DNA of 64,000 nucleotides, taken from the IMG/VR virus record IMGVR_UViG_3300021255_001592. One strand, 5' to 3'. Below are positions 27,363 to 38,141 of this stretch, piece by piece. Each line of letters starts with the position of its first letter. Position 1 is the stretch's first letter. The translations under genes were made by a program, and so were the position numbers. The notes beneath the pieces are model-generated. The model had not been told where the DNA came from. It did no database searches and saw nothing but the letters and a program-made list of their open reading frames with translations. This stretch comes from an uncultured virus (IMG/VR IMGVR_UViG_3300021255_001592). Lineage: Duplodnaviria; Heunggongvirae; Uroviricota; Caudoviricetes; Crassvirales.

Positions 27363-30300
27363 ATGGCAAAGAACCATATTATAACTAGGAGCGGTATTAA
27401 CTTAAATCTCAATACTGGAAAGGGATTTAAGACAGAAAACTTGTATATTGGTGGTAGCGATCTCACAAGACAGACATACCCTAATAATTTTGCTAGGAGA
27501 ATGGGCAAAGATAGTCTTGCTTATAATCCAATACCAGAGGAGCAGCCAACTAACAGGTTAAATGCGGACACTATTTTAGGTAAAGTAGCTGGAGTATTAC
27601 CAGCTGTTGGAACCGCAGTTGGAGCTTACAGAACATTATCTGGAGCAGACACCTCTAAATATGATACAGCCCTGAATACTGTTCCTAAGTCAATATCCAT
27701 AGGCAACTATGATGCTCTTGCTGATTGGCAAGCCAGTCTTCCTGTACTCAATGATCCAACAGCAAGTGATTTAGATACAATGTCTACTGCCGGTAAAATA
27801 GGCACTGGATTAAGTACCATAGGTTCTCTTGCCGCATCAGGTAGCCAAGTTGGAGGTTGGGTAGGAGGATTAGTAGGTGCTGGAATAGGAGCTGGAGTTG
27901 TTGGCGCTGGTCTCTTTGGTGGAAAAAATAAGAGAGAAAGACTTGCTGAGGAAATAGCGATGAGGAATAGTCTTGCAAACCAAAGACTGAATTCAATGTA
28001 TCTTCATGAACTTGGAGATATACAAGAAGAGCAGGCTAATCAGGCATATGCCAACTTGTCAGCAAAAGGTGGCAAGATTCATATTGCTCCTTCTAAGAGA
28101 GGAACATTCAAGGCACAAGCTTCTAGAATGGGCATGAGTGTACAAGAAGCCGCAAGACATATACTAGCTAATAAAAACAGATACTCACCAGCTATGAGAA
28201 AGAAAGCCGCATTTGCTAAAGCTGCTGCTGGTTGGAAGCACGAAGATGGAGGAGACCTGAATTTGTTTGAGTTCCCTGTGGAATACAATCATGGAGGATA
28301 CTTCTCACTTCAACCAGAGCTTATAAAGATTAATCAAGGAGGAACACACGAACAGAATCCCCTTGATGGTGTTCCTATGGGATTTGATGAGAATGGAATA
28401 CCTAACCTTGTTGAGGAAGGAGAGACAATCTTTGATGATTATGTGTTCTCAAACAGGCTTGCTCCAACAGAGAAACAGCTTGCTGAGGGAGGTCTTGCGA
28501 CTAAGTATAAAGATCACACATTTGCTGATATATCTGAGAAAATAGCTAAACAGTTTGAAGAGACTCCTGTTGACCCTATAGCAAGAGACTCTTTCAAAGA
28601 GTCTATGCAAAGACTTAAGACTATTCAGGAGCAAGTCAGAGAAGAAAATGCTGTTCCTGAAGCCCAGCAGATACCTGAGCAGTCTATTGCTCCTGAAAGT
28701 ATGGAGTCTGTTGGTCAAGCTCCTATGGAAGACCAGATTCCTATGGAACAGATGCCAGAGGAAATGCCTCAAGAATATCCTCAGGACATGATGGGGCAAG
28801 TTACTATACAGCCTGAGATGATACAGGCTTATGGCGGAAACTTGTTTGCTAATGGTGGTGATATAAGCTTTGATAGAAACACCAATACATTCTATGTGAG
28901 TGACGAAACCATCGCTAAATATAAGGAAAGGGCCATGAGAATGGCTATAGCTAAAGTGGGAATGCGTACAAAGAATTCTGGAGAAAGAATCTCAGAAGCT
29001 TATAGGGAGATAATGGCTGGATTTATAGATGACCTTAATGCTCAAATGGACAAGAAGAGGTCTAAGTACAAGGGTGGAAGTCAGTTTAAGTTTAAGTCTT
29101 ATGACAGAAACACTGGTGCTGAAGTTCCTGATGCCACTACAGCAGAAAAGATAGAAAACGAGGCAGCTGCGACACAAGAAACCGAGCATGAAATTGCAGA
29201 AGCTAAAAGACAGGCAAAGGAGGATGATAGCATTCATTACAGGCATACTGATGGTGAAAGAGGGACTGTTGAAAAATCTGGTATAAATACTGCTTTATAT
29301 AAGGATGGGCTTACACAGCAGCAAAAGAGGGATATATGGTATAACAGCTCTGGAAGGGCTCTTAAGGATATTATAAATAGTCAAGTAAAGAACTGGAGTA
29401 AATTTGATAAAGACGATCCTAATCTACAATCAGTAAAGAAAGAATTTGTAGAGGCTCTTAATTCTGTTCAGAGGGCATATGCTTTAGCTTATGAGGCTGG
29501 TTATGACCCTGAGACAGGCACAGCAAATAAGAATGAGGCAGTTAGGGAACTCCAAGAATTATGGGAACAGAGTAAGGGCAACAAGTATTTCAATGAGCTT
29601 GTAAAGTCTATGAATACCAGAGGAAACTCTGGAGATAATGCAAAGAATGGATGGATAGATGGAATCTGGGGAGACATTACAAGAAATAGAAACTGGGGAC
29701 TGTCTGAATACTTTGGAAATAGGAACATTGCTGACTATTTCCCAGAGCTAGCTAAGGCATTAAATGATGCTGGTATTACTTATACTCCGTCTCTTAATTA
29801 CGGAAATAACGGAGACAAGGCTTACTTGTTTGGGTTAGCTGATGAAGCAAATCAGATTGCTCAACAGCCAGTACAGCAGAATATGCAACAAGCTCAACAG
29901 CAGGAACCTACACAACAAGGGACTACTGAAGAAGAGCCTGTGAGAGCTATTCCAAGTGGAGATCCAGATGAATGGATGTACCCTGAAGAGTTAAGTCCTG
30001 CTGTAGTAACCGCATCTAAAACCAGCGTTAAGCAAAAGTCTCCAGAGGAAATAGCTGGGGAAAAGAGAGGAGAGTTCTATAAAGGAGTTAAAAATGCGAT
30101 GGATGAATATGCTCTTCCTACTTGGATGAGGTATGCACCTATTGCTGGAAGTGCTATCAGCGCTATATGGGATATGGCTCAAAAGCCTGATTATTCTGTA
30201 GCTGAGGCTGCTGAGAGAATAGCTTCTAATACTCCAAGAGCGAGGTTTAATCCTATAGGAAACTACCTCACTTATAGACCCGTTGACAGGAATTTCTATT

Positions 30301-30833
30301 TGAATCAGGTTAGGAATCAAGCTCTGTCTACAGATAGAGGAATACTTAATGCTTCTGGAGCAAATCAAGGTGCGGCTACAGCTGGATTACTTGCAAGCCA
30401 ATATAATACTCAAGGAGCTATTGGTAACTCACTCATGCAGCAAGAACTTGCCAACAGACAAAATGAGCAACAAGTTGCACAGTTTAATAGAGGCACTGAC
30501 CAGTATAACTCTCAAGGGCTATTCAATGAGAGTGTATACAATCAAAGGGCTGGGATGCAGTCAGGACACTATGCTCTTACAGCAGCACAATTAAGACAAG
30601 CTGAAAGACAAAGAAGGAATGCCGCTATATCAGCGGATCTTACTAATCTCTTCCAAGGTGTTGGAGACTTGGGGTGGGAGAATTTTAATGCCAACATGGT
30701 CAATCTCAATAAGATGCTGCCTTATCTCATAGACATGAATCCTATAAGTGGAGGAGCTACTAGATATAAGGGCCAAAGTGGAGCAAAAAAACATGGAGGC
30801 ATGTTGACAAAAAAGAAATCAAAGAGTAGATAA
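27363..30833 (+). CDS. virion cargo/ejection protein (PhiCrAss001 gp45-like)
   Basis: Gly-rich TM hairpin, GGTHEQNPLDGV..NLVEEGETIFDDYVFSNRL motif, Gln-rich C-terminal helices; position after muzzle. Confidence 0.75.
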   Translation: MAKNHIITRSGINLNLNTGKGFKTENLYIGGSDLTRQTYPNNFARRMGKDSLAYNPIPEEQPTNRLNADTILGKVAGVLPAVGTAVGAYRTLSGADTSKYDTALNTVPKSISIGNYDALADWQASLPVLNDPTASDLDTMSTAGKIGTGLSTIGSLAASGSQVGGWVGGLVGAGIGAGVVGAGLFGGKNKRERLAEEIAMRNSLANQRLNSMYLHELGDIQEEQANQAYANLSAKGGKIHIAPSKRGTFKAQASRMGMSVQEAARHILANKNRYSPAMRKKAAFAKAAAGWKHEDGGDLNLFEFPVEYNHGGYFSLQPELIKINQGGTHEQNPLDGVPMGFDENGIPNLVEEGETIFDDYVFSNRLAPTEKQLAEGGLATKYKDHTFADISEKIAKQFEETPVDPIARDSFKESMQRLKTIQEQVREENAVPEAQQIPEQSIAPESMESVGQAPMEDQIPMEQMPEEMPQEYPQDMMGQVTIQPEMIQAYGGNLFANGGDISFDRNTNTFYVSDETIAKYKERAMRMAIAKVGMRTKNSGERISEAYREIMAGFIDDLNAQMDKKRSKYKGGSQFKFKSYDRNTGAEVPDATTAEKIENEAAATQETEHEIAEAKRQAKEDDSIHYRHTDGERGTVEKSGINTALYKDGLTQQQKRDIWYNSSGRALKDIINSQVKNWSKFDKDDPNLQSVKKEFVEALNSVQRAYALAYEAGYDPETGTANKNEAVRELQELWEQSKGNKYFNELVKSMNTRGNSGDNAKNGWIDGIWGDITRNRNWGLSEYFGNRNIADYFPELAKALNDAGITYTPSLNYGNNGDKAYLFGLADEANQIAQQPVQQNMQQAQQQEPTQQGTTEEEPVRAIPSGDPDEWMYPEELSPAVVTASKTSVKQKSPEEIAGEKRGEFYKGVKNAMDEYALPTWMRYAPIAGSAISAIWDMAQKPDYSVAEAAERIASNTPRARFNPIGNYLTYRPVDRNFYLNQVRNQALSTDRGILNASGANQGAATAGLLASQYNTQGAIGNSLMQQELANRQNEQQVAQFNRGTDQYNSQGLFNESVYNQRAGMQSGHYALTAAQLRQAERQRRNAAISADLTNLFQGVGDLGWENFNANMVNLNKMLPYLIDMNPISGGATRYKGQSGAKKHGGMLTKKKSKSR

Positions 30834-30834
30834 T

Positions 30835-32475
30835 ATGGCTGGAGCTTATTTAACAATCGGAGCCAAGTATAGGCCATTTTCTTATGAGGAGCTCATAAGA
30901 CCTGTAGCTATGGCTACAGAGATGCACAACAAAATAGATGAACAATATGCAGCTCTACAAGAAAAAGCTGGAGTATGGGAGAATCTGGCTAATAAGGAAA
31001 CTGATCCAGAATCTTTTAAGAAGTACAAAGCATATTCTGATGCTCTTAATGCTCAAGCTGAAGAGCTGGCAAAGAATGGATTGAATCCTCAGTCCATGAG
31101 AGATATGCTCAATCTAAGGGCAAGGTACTCGTCTGATATTGTTCCTCTTGAGCAGGCATACACGAGGAGAAGACAACTTGCTGATGAGCAGAGGAAAATG
31201 ATTATGCAGAATCCTACACTCAAGTTCCAGAGAGATATGAGCACTACTTCTCTCGATGATTTTGTCAGGAATCCTGAACTTGATTATGGGTACTCTGTCA
31301 ATGGAGCTATGATAGCTAAACAAGCTGGAGAAGCGTTCTCTCATCTTGCTAAATCTATTCAAGAGGAGCCTCAATATAAGCATATACTCAACGGAAACTA
31401 CTATCAGTCCATGCTTAGGTCTGGTTATTCTCCTACACAAATTCTTGCTCTTGCCAGAAATGATAACAGTGCTCCTGCTGAGCTTAGACAGATAAGCCAA
31501 CAAATATATGATTCTACTGGTGTGGAAGATTATATTAAGAGAGCTTATCCTAATGCTGGTACTAATGAGAATGAGGCTCTTCAGGCTCAAGAATGGAGAG
31601 ACTATGTCAACTCTTATATTAATCAAGGAGCTTGGAATGCTGTTGGTACTACATCTTATGGTACTGTAGCTGATCTTGATGCGGCACATAGGAAGCAAAT
31701 GGATTTGATTCAAGCTAGGGCAAAACAGAAGGGCTCTAGTTCCAGCGGTACTGGTGGGGCATCAACTCCAAGAATGGATCAAACCATAATAATGTCTTCA
31801 GGTAAGGGCACAATGACTTCTAAGCCGATGGGCAATATTTCCATCACTAAAGGAGACTCAGATGATATCTTAAACAAGATAGCCTCACAGACTGGATTCT
31901 TTGCAAGGAAGGGAGGGCTTGTTACAGTTTCTGGAATAGATAAAAATGGCAATCTGGAGACAAATGGACTGATGAAACACAAAGAATTCATGAACAACAT
32001 GAATAAGATGACTGTTACCAATCTCAGGATAGACTATGATTCTGGTAAAATAATAGCAGACATCTTAGTGAATGACGGAAAGAACTCTGAACAAATAAGA
32101 GCATCCTTAGACCCTGAAATCATAGGCTCTGATAAAGGTGTTGCCTCAATGCACACTGGAAGTGAAGGTATTAAAGCTATAGCTGAAGCAAAGAGTACAG
32201 GAAAGAGAGTTCCACTCAGAATCAATGGCAGAGACACTGGAATATCCTTTGAATATAAAGACGGTATTGTCTACGAGTATGATAACGGTGTAATAGCGGA
32301 TGTTTCAAGTGAAGACGACGCAATCGCATATTTTAAGGACATCATGTATGCGGCTACAAGGGGTTCATTAAACTATGTTGGCTCTTTAAATACAAATACT
32401 TCAACAGGTATGAAGATGGAAGATGCCGGTGATGTCTCTAATGTAAGTGCTCCTTCTATACTGGATTTAGAATAG
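30835..32475 (+). CDS. virion cargo/ejection protein
   Basis: AKYRPFSYEELIRP N-terminus, helical; synteny. Confidence 0.7.
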   Translation: MAGAYLTIGAKYRPFSYEELIRPVAMATEMHNKIDEQYAALQEKAGVWENLANKETDPESFKKYKAYSDALNAQAEELAKNGLNPQSMRDMLNLRARYSSDIVPLEQAYTRRRQLADEQRKMIMQNPTLKFQRDMSTTSLDDFVRNPELDYGYSVNGAMIAKQAGEAFSHLAKSIQEEPQYKHILNGNYYQSMLRSGYSPTQILALARNDNSAPAELRQISQQIYDSTGVEDYIKRAYPNAGTNENEALQAQEWRDYVNSYINQGAWNAVGTTSYGTVADLDAAHRKQMDLIQARAKQKGSSSSGTGGASTPRMDQTIIMSSGKGTMTSKPMGNISITKGDSDDILNKIASQTGFFARKGGLVTVSGIDKNGNLETNGLMKHKEFMNNMNKMTVTNLRIDYDSGKIIADILVNDGKNSEQIRASLDPEIIGSDKGVASMHTGSEGIKAIAEAKSTGKRVPLRINGRDTGISFEYKDGIVYEYDNGVIADVSSEDDAIAYFKDIMYAATRGSLNYVGSLNTNTSTGMKMEDAGDVSNVSAPSILDLE

Positions 32476-32481
32476 ATTAAT

Positions 32482-35400
32482 ATGGCTGAGCAGGATATAA
32501 CACAAACTGGACCCGTGGGTCTTGAGGGATTAAAGGGAATAAACAATAATAAAAAGGCAGAGGATGTCATAGATGTATCATCTACGCCTAGAAGGGGTGG
32601 ATTGTTTACATATGGAATAGACTACCTTTATAACCCTAAGCAAATAGATGTTACTCAGACAGTAGAATCAGAGCCTGGGGGTTATGGTACAAGTAGGTAT
32701 GACCCATTGTATATAACTGAAACCCAACTGAATAACTTAGAGGACACAAGGGCTAGAAATCAATCCAACTTTTCTCAGATAACTAACGGCATTATTAAGG
32801 GCATAACCACTACAGGAACTACCTTTGCTGATGGTACTGTGGGACTTGTATGGGGATTAGGTCAGGGAGTATACAATGCTCTTGACAAAGACGAGAATAC
32901 ATCATTTGCTTCTGGTTTATGGAATAACCAGTTTAATCAATGGGTGAATCAGGCTAATGAATGGATGGAACAGGTTGCTCCTAACTATTACACTAATGAT
33001 GAGAGAGAGCATCCAATGTCCCATATATTCAATGCCAACTTCATTGGCGATAAGTTCATAAAGAATCTTGGATTCACTGCTGGTGCTTTAGGTAGTGCTG
33101 TAGCTTTTGGTGGTGGATATGGTAAAATAGGGCACCTTCTTGGTAAGGCTGCTCTTGGACTAGGTACTGCTGGAAGAACAGCTGTTGGTATATCCAAAGC
33201 TGCTTCTATGGGTATTGGTGCTGTAGCAGCTGCTACTACTGAAGGTTCAATAGAAGCTTTGCAAGCTGCTCAGCAAATGGGTAAAGAGAATCAAAGACTT
33301 TATGAAGGTCTCAGAGATTCCAACATCCAAGAGATTATGGATAATCCTAATCTCAGTGACTATGAGAAAGAACTTCTTAAAGAGGATGAGAATGACAAGT
33401 ATAATAAGGTAATGGCTAAGCTTGAGGAAGATAAGGCTAAAGTTGGTAATGCCACTCTTGCTTGGAATATACCTATACTTACTGCTGGTAATATAATCCA
33501 GTTCAATAAGCTTCTTGGAGGAGGATTCAGGTCAGCATCTAGAGCAGCTAAGGTTGCTGGTAAAATGGGTGAACTGAGACCTGGAGGATTCTTTGAAAAG
33601 ACTGCTGCACAAAGAGCTGCCAAAGCTTTCTATAAATCTGGTCACACTGAAGGTAGGGAAGAAGTCCTTCAGCAGATAGCTTCTGATGCCTCTAATACAA
33701 GATATTCCCTTGAGCTTAATGACTACTATAAGTCACTTTATGACCCTGAGGCAAACACCCAAGCCAGTGATTATATTGCTGGAATAGGTAAACAAATACT
33801 TGCTACTCTTGGAAGAGAAGATACTTGGGAACAGTATCTAATAGGTTCCATGACTGGAGTTATGGGTGCTCCTGTATTTGGTAAAAAGAATACTCAAACA
33901 AGAGCTGATTTTGGTAAGGGCAGGAGAATAGGATGGTCTGGAGGCGTACTTGGACAGTACAATGAGATTACCGAAGACAGAGAGAGGAACCAAAGAGTAG
34001 CTGACTATCTTAATGAGAGGGCCAATGATCCTAAGTTCAGAGACCAATACCAGCGTCTTGTAAGGCATATGTACTTTCAAGATAAGATGGATGCAGCTCT
34101 TGATGAGGGACTTGAGAAAGAATTCAAGGATAGTGAGTTTGCCAAGCTTTATAATGATATAATGTGGTTCACTTATGCTGGAAAGAAAGATGTTCTTAAG
34201 GACATGGTTTCTGGAGCACTGAACAATATTACTGATAAGGAAGCTGCTGAGATAGTTAAGGACACCACAAAGACAGCTATAAATGATGAGGGTAAAGAAG
34301 TTACCACAGGTCCATTTATAGGTGCTGATGGTAATCCTATGACTCCTGACCAAGTAAGGGAAAAGGTTGCTAAGAGTAAGAGCGATGTTCTTAATCTAAT
34401 GCAAAAGATTGAAGATGAGTATGATGCGTTAGACCATAACACTAATGGCAAGCTTTCTGATGAGCAGCTTGAGCAACTTACCTATATGAAACTCCAGATA
34501 GATGATTGGAGAGAAAGAACTAAGTCTATTGGAGAAGACATAGGTAATTTCTTTGAAGGTATTGCAAAGGAATTCCAAACAAGGCTTGACAGTAATAAGG
34601 CTATTCTTGAAGCCTCGCCTAATAATGAAACAGCTAAACATAATGTAGACGTTCTCGAAAAGAATATCAAAGTTATGCAAGAGACAGCTACTACTCTTAA
34701 AGGATTCACAGCTCTTGAGAGAATGGGTGTGGCAGACCACCAACAAGCCAGAAAGATATTTGGACAGGCTATAAGAAACCTTGATAAGATTGACCAAAGA
34801 GGAATTGACCAAGATCAAAAGTCTAAAGTGACCACTGGACTTCAAGACCTTATTAAGATGTCACAATCTTCTGAGGTATTCCAAAAGAGAAGAGACCAAT
34901 ATCTTGAGAACCCAGATCTCATGCTTAGTGATAGAGATGAGGTTATTAAGCAGATGGAGAAAGAGGAGCTTGAAGAAAGAGCCAATAAGCAGATGCAAAA
35001 TCTCACAAATGCTGAGAATATAGAAGCATTTGATAAAGCTGTAAATGATTCAGATGACGATGAGGCTATGCAGCAAGCCATTGATGATCTGGCTTCATCT
35101 GGAAACACTATGGCAAGACAGTATAAGTCTAATCAAGCTATAGCTAAGAGACAAAAAGACAAAGTGAGGTCTCTTATAGGAACAGAGATTCCTACTCTTG
35201 ATGGAAAAACAATGACAGTATCTCAAGAAGATGCTGAAGCTGTTGAGGCTATTATAGATAATAGAAGACTTAATACAAATCCTTCAGAAAAAGACGGCAC
35301 CTCATTCATTAATACTGAGCAGATGACTAATCCATTCTTAGATGATATGAATGGGTTATGGGAATCAGGTCTTGGTATTGATACTGCTACAGAAGAAGGT

Positions 35401-38109
35401 ATAGCAAGGTCAAAGAGAATTCAGGACATATTTCATTATGTGGCTACTCAAGCTAAAGAAGACGAGGCTACTGATGACGTAATTGATGATGAGGACTTTG
35501 ATTTTGACTTCGATGAGGGCTCAGAACCAGCACCTGATGAGACTACTGGTGCAGATGGTGTAAGTACTGTTCCTCCTGTAACCACAGGAAGACCTGCTGC
35601 TCCTGTTACAGAACCAGAGATTGCTCCTACTACCTCTGAAGACCTTAAGGAGCAAAGAGAAAAAGAGTTGAGTACAAATCCAGAAGATTCTATTCCCAAA
35701 GATTCTACTGGTAAAAGAACCTATTGGAAAAATAATATACCTCAATATGATGTTGAATACAAAAAGGATAAAAGAGGGTATGTAGCTCCAGGTCCAAAAG
35801 AATATGAGATTGGTGAAGACGGAAAGAAGCACGGAAAAATTAAACAGAATGCAGATGGAATATTGCAAGAATTTGAAACTCATAAAATACTAGTTAAATT
35901 AGGTGCATTTGAGTATGTTAATTCTGGCAAGCTAAAACCTGGAAACAAAGTTAAGTTTGTTATAGACCCATCCTTTGCAAAGGATATTCAAGATGATAGT
36001 GTAAGACAGCAAGTAGAAGGAGCTATCTGGATTGTATCTGCAAAGGATAATCAAGTCATAGGCATTCTTCCTCAAGATAGGAGCATCATAAATGAATATG
36101 CTGGCCTTGCTGAATTCTCTGGTTCTCTTGTACAGCAATGGAGAGATGGAGGAAAGCAAAGGCTTGAAAGTTCAGTTACTACTGAAGTTCAAGATCTAAA
36201 AGCTGGCTTTGTTCCTTACATAGAAGAAGAAAAAGACCTCTCTGAAGTAATGAAGGTAGGTACTCCAAAGTTTACTGTTGGAGAGGAAACTACTGCCTTT
36301 GGAGTAAAGAAGACACTTAGAGTATCTATTCCTTCTGTTACTGGTAAGACCATCAATCCTCTTGTGAAAATAAAGAGCTTTGATTCAGCACTGCTTGAAG
36401 ATGCTAAGTTTAAGTCCTCTAAGTTGTATAGGGATTTTTATAACGATGTCCAAAATGTTATAAGGAAGGTACAAAGCAATCATAGAGATTTTACAGCTAT
36501 TACAGACGATGAGGCTAAGGAACTTTTGGATATAATCTCTAACTATCTTTACACCAGTCCACGCAAAGCTAACGCTTTACATGTTAATCCTTCTACAAGT
36601 AAAAGGGGAGGAATAACACTAAGAGTTAGTGGGCAAAACAAAATAGTTGATATATTTAAAGTTCGTGAGTCTAATCTGTCAATCTCCATAGGGGGTGAAA
36701 TTTCTGAGCCCTCTGTAAATGGTGGCACGTTTATATCTACAGATAAGATAGTCAGTAGTATAATGACTGAGCTTGCTGGATTTGAAATGCCTATTCAAGT
36801 TGCATTTAGTCAAGTTGGCAATCAAGTATATATGAAAGACAGATTTGATGCGGGAGTTCTCACTTCAAACCTTGAATCAGTATCTCTTTATGATGAGTGG
36901 TATACTCTCAAACCAGTAACTGAAGTCAATGGAAAATGGCAAATGTCTGGGCAAGAGAAAGTGAAAACAAATGAAGCTGCTGGTGAAAGAGCGGCAGCAG
37001 CTGCTGAGGCGGCTTCTGAACCTCAAACACCTCCTGTTCCTGAAGTTACTGGTACTCCTACACCAAAGAGACCTGAGCAAAAGAGAAAGCCTGTAAGAAG
37101 AGTTAGAGCTGTAGACAGAAAAACCTGGAAGAAAATGAAGCAAGAAGAAGAGGTTGCTTGGCTTGAAAAGGCTCTTCCACAAATAGCGGCTGAGGATAGG
37201 TTAAAATTCACCAAAGGACTTATTGATGTTGCTGAAATGGGTAAAGAAGCTTGGGGATTATTTGATAAAGGTATAGTTACTATAAGTGATATAGCTGCTG
37301 AAGGCACTATTTACCATGAGGCATTCCACACAGTCTTCAATATGATTCTTAGTGAGAATGAGAAACAGGCTTTATTCAACAGCGCTAAGAAGTTATGGCC
37401 AAGGGCTACAGATAATATAGACCTTGAAGAAAGACTTGCTGAAGAGTTTAGAAGATATGTAATGCATAAGCAAGATAATTCAAGACCAAAGAATCTTGGT
37501 GCGAGAATAGCTAATTTCTTTGCTCAACTTTGGGAAAAGGTTAAGAACTGGTATAGCCCTACTATGTATAACTACTTTGCCAAGATTAATGAGGGATATT
37601 ATGCTGACACTGAGCTGAGAGATACAAATGCTGTTAGGGCTAGAGATTATGTAAAAGGTATTCAAGGCGAAGAAGACGCATACAATAGAATCATGGACTT
37701 GTGGAATCATCCTTGGGGAACCACAATATATAGAGACAGAAATGGTAATCGCCACGATGTCAAAGTTATTGGAAGAGGTCCTAAAGGCATAGAATTCAGA
37801 TTCTCCACAGAAAGAGAGGCAATAGACTTTCAAGATTGGTGGTGGGATCAAGTAGACGCTTCATTCTCTCCTATATGGTATGATAGAGAGAATAATAACT
37901 ATAGGGTCTACATGCATAAACCTGGAATGATTTCACAAGAAGAAGCAACTGAAAGAGAAAGACTCTCTATTCCACAACAAACAGAGTATGACAAGCTTTC
38001 TGATGACGAGAAAGAGACTCTTAAGTCAAGAGGATATTCAGCAGAAGATTTTAATAGCTTGTCTGATATAGAACAACAGGCAGTAAAAGAATGTTTCTTC
38101 GTACTATAA
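32482..38109 (+). CDS. large virion cargo protein with TM-like segments and C-terminal zincin metallopeptidase motif
   Basis: 1875 aa; Gly/Ala hydrophobic N-terminal region, long coiled coils, GTIYHEAFH...EERLAEEF. Confidence 0.75.
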   Translation: MAEQDITQTGPVGLEGLKGINNNKKAEDVIDVSSTPRRGGLFTYGIDYLYNPKQIDVTQTVESEPGGYGTSRYDPLYITETQLNNLEDTRARNQSNFSQITNGIIKGITTTGTTFADGTVGLVWGLGQGVYNALDKDENTSFASGLWNNQFNQWVNQANEWMEQVAPNYYTNDEREHPMSHIFNANFIGDKFIKNLGFTAGALGSAVAFGGGYGKIGHLLGKAALGLGTAGRTAVGISKAASMGIGAVAAATTEGSIEALQAAQQMGKENQRLYEGLRDSNIQEIMDNPNLSDYEKELLKEDENDKYNKVMAKLEEDKAKVGNATLAWNIPILTAGNIIQFNKLLGGGFRSASRAAKVAGKMGELRPGGFFEKTAAQRAAKAFYKSGHTEGREEVLQQIASDASNTRYSLELNDYYKSLYDPEANTQASDYIAGIGKQILATLGREDTWEQYLIGSMTGVMGAPVFGKKNTQTRADFGKGRRIGWSGGVLGQYNEITEDRERNQRVADYLNERANDPKFRDQYQRLVRHMYFQDKMDAALDEGLEKEFKDSEFAKLYNDIMWFTYAGKKDVLKDMVSGALNNITDKEAAEIVKDTTKTAINDEGKEVTTGPFIGADGNPMTPDQVREKVAKSKSDVLNLMQKIEDEYDALDHNTNGKLSDEQLEQLTYMKLQIDDWRERTKSIGEDIGNFFEGIAKEFQTRLDSNKAILEASPNNETAKHNVDVLEKNIKVMQETATTLKGFTALERMGVADHQQARKIFGQAIRNLDKIDQRGIDQDQKSKVTTGLQDLIKMSQSSEVFQKRRDQYLENPDLMLSDRDEVIKQMEKEELEERANKQMQNLTNAENIEAFDKAVNDSDDDEAMQQAIDDLASSGNTMARQYKSNQAIAKRQKDKVRSLIGTEIPTLDGKTMTVSQEDAEAVEAIIDNRRLNTNPSEKDGTSFINTEQMTNPFLDDMNGLWESGLGIDTATEEGIARSKRIQDIFHYVATQAKEDEATDDVIDDEDFDFDFDEGSEPAPDETTGADGVSTVPPVTTGRPAAPVTEPEIAPTTSEDLKEQREKELSTNPEDSIPKDSTGKRTYWKNNIPQYDVEYKKDKRGYVAPGPKEYEIGEDGKKHGKIKQNADGILQEFETHKILVKLGAFEYVNSGKLKPGNKVKFVIDPSFAKDIQDDSVRQQVEGAIWIVSAKDNQVIGILPQDRSIINEYAGLAEFSGSLVQQWRDGGKQRLESSVTTEVQDLKAGFVPYIEEEKDLSEVMKVGTPKFTVGEETTAFGVKKTLRVSIPSVTGKTINPLVKIKSFDSALLEDAKFKSSKLYRDFYNDVQNVIRKVQSNHRDFTAITDDEAKELLDIISNYLYTSPRKANALHVNPSTSKRGGITLRVSGQNKIVDIFKVRESNLSISIGGEISEPSVNGGTFISTDKIVSSIMTELAGFEMPIQVAFSQVGNQVYMKDRFDAGVLTSNLESVSLYDEWYTLKPVTEVNGKWQMSGQEKVKTNEAAGERAAAAAEAASEPQTPPVPEVTGTPTPKRPEQKRKPVRRVRAVDRKTWKKMKQEEEVAWLEKALPQIAAEDRLKFTKGLIDVAEMGKEAWGLFDKGIVTISDIAAEGTIYHEAFHTVFNMILSENEKQALFNSAKKLWPRATDNIDLEERLAEEFRRYVMHKQDNSRPKNLGARIANFFAQLWEKVKNWYSPTMYNYFAKINEGYYADTELRDTNAVRARDYVKGIQGEEDAYNRIMDLWNHPWGTTIYRDRNGNRHDVKVIGRGPKGIEFRFSTEREAIDFQDWWWDQVDASFSPIWYDRENNNYRVYMHKPGMISQEEATERERLSIPQQTEYDKLSDDEKETLKSRGYSAEDFNSLSDIEQQAVKECFFVL

Positions 38110-38110
38110 T

Positions 38111-38141
38111 AATAAAGGAGAGCTTTTAGCTCTCCTTTATT
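38111..38141. terminator. bidirectional intrinsic terminator between convergent operons
   Basis: Perfect inverted repeat AATAAAGGAGAGC-TTTTA-GCTCTCCTTTATT between the stops at 38109 (+) and 38142 (-). Confidence 0.9.
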
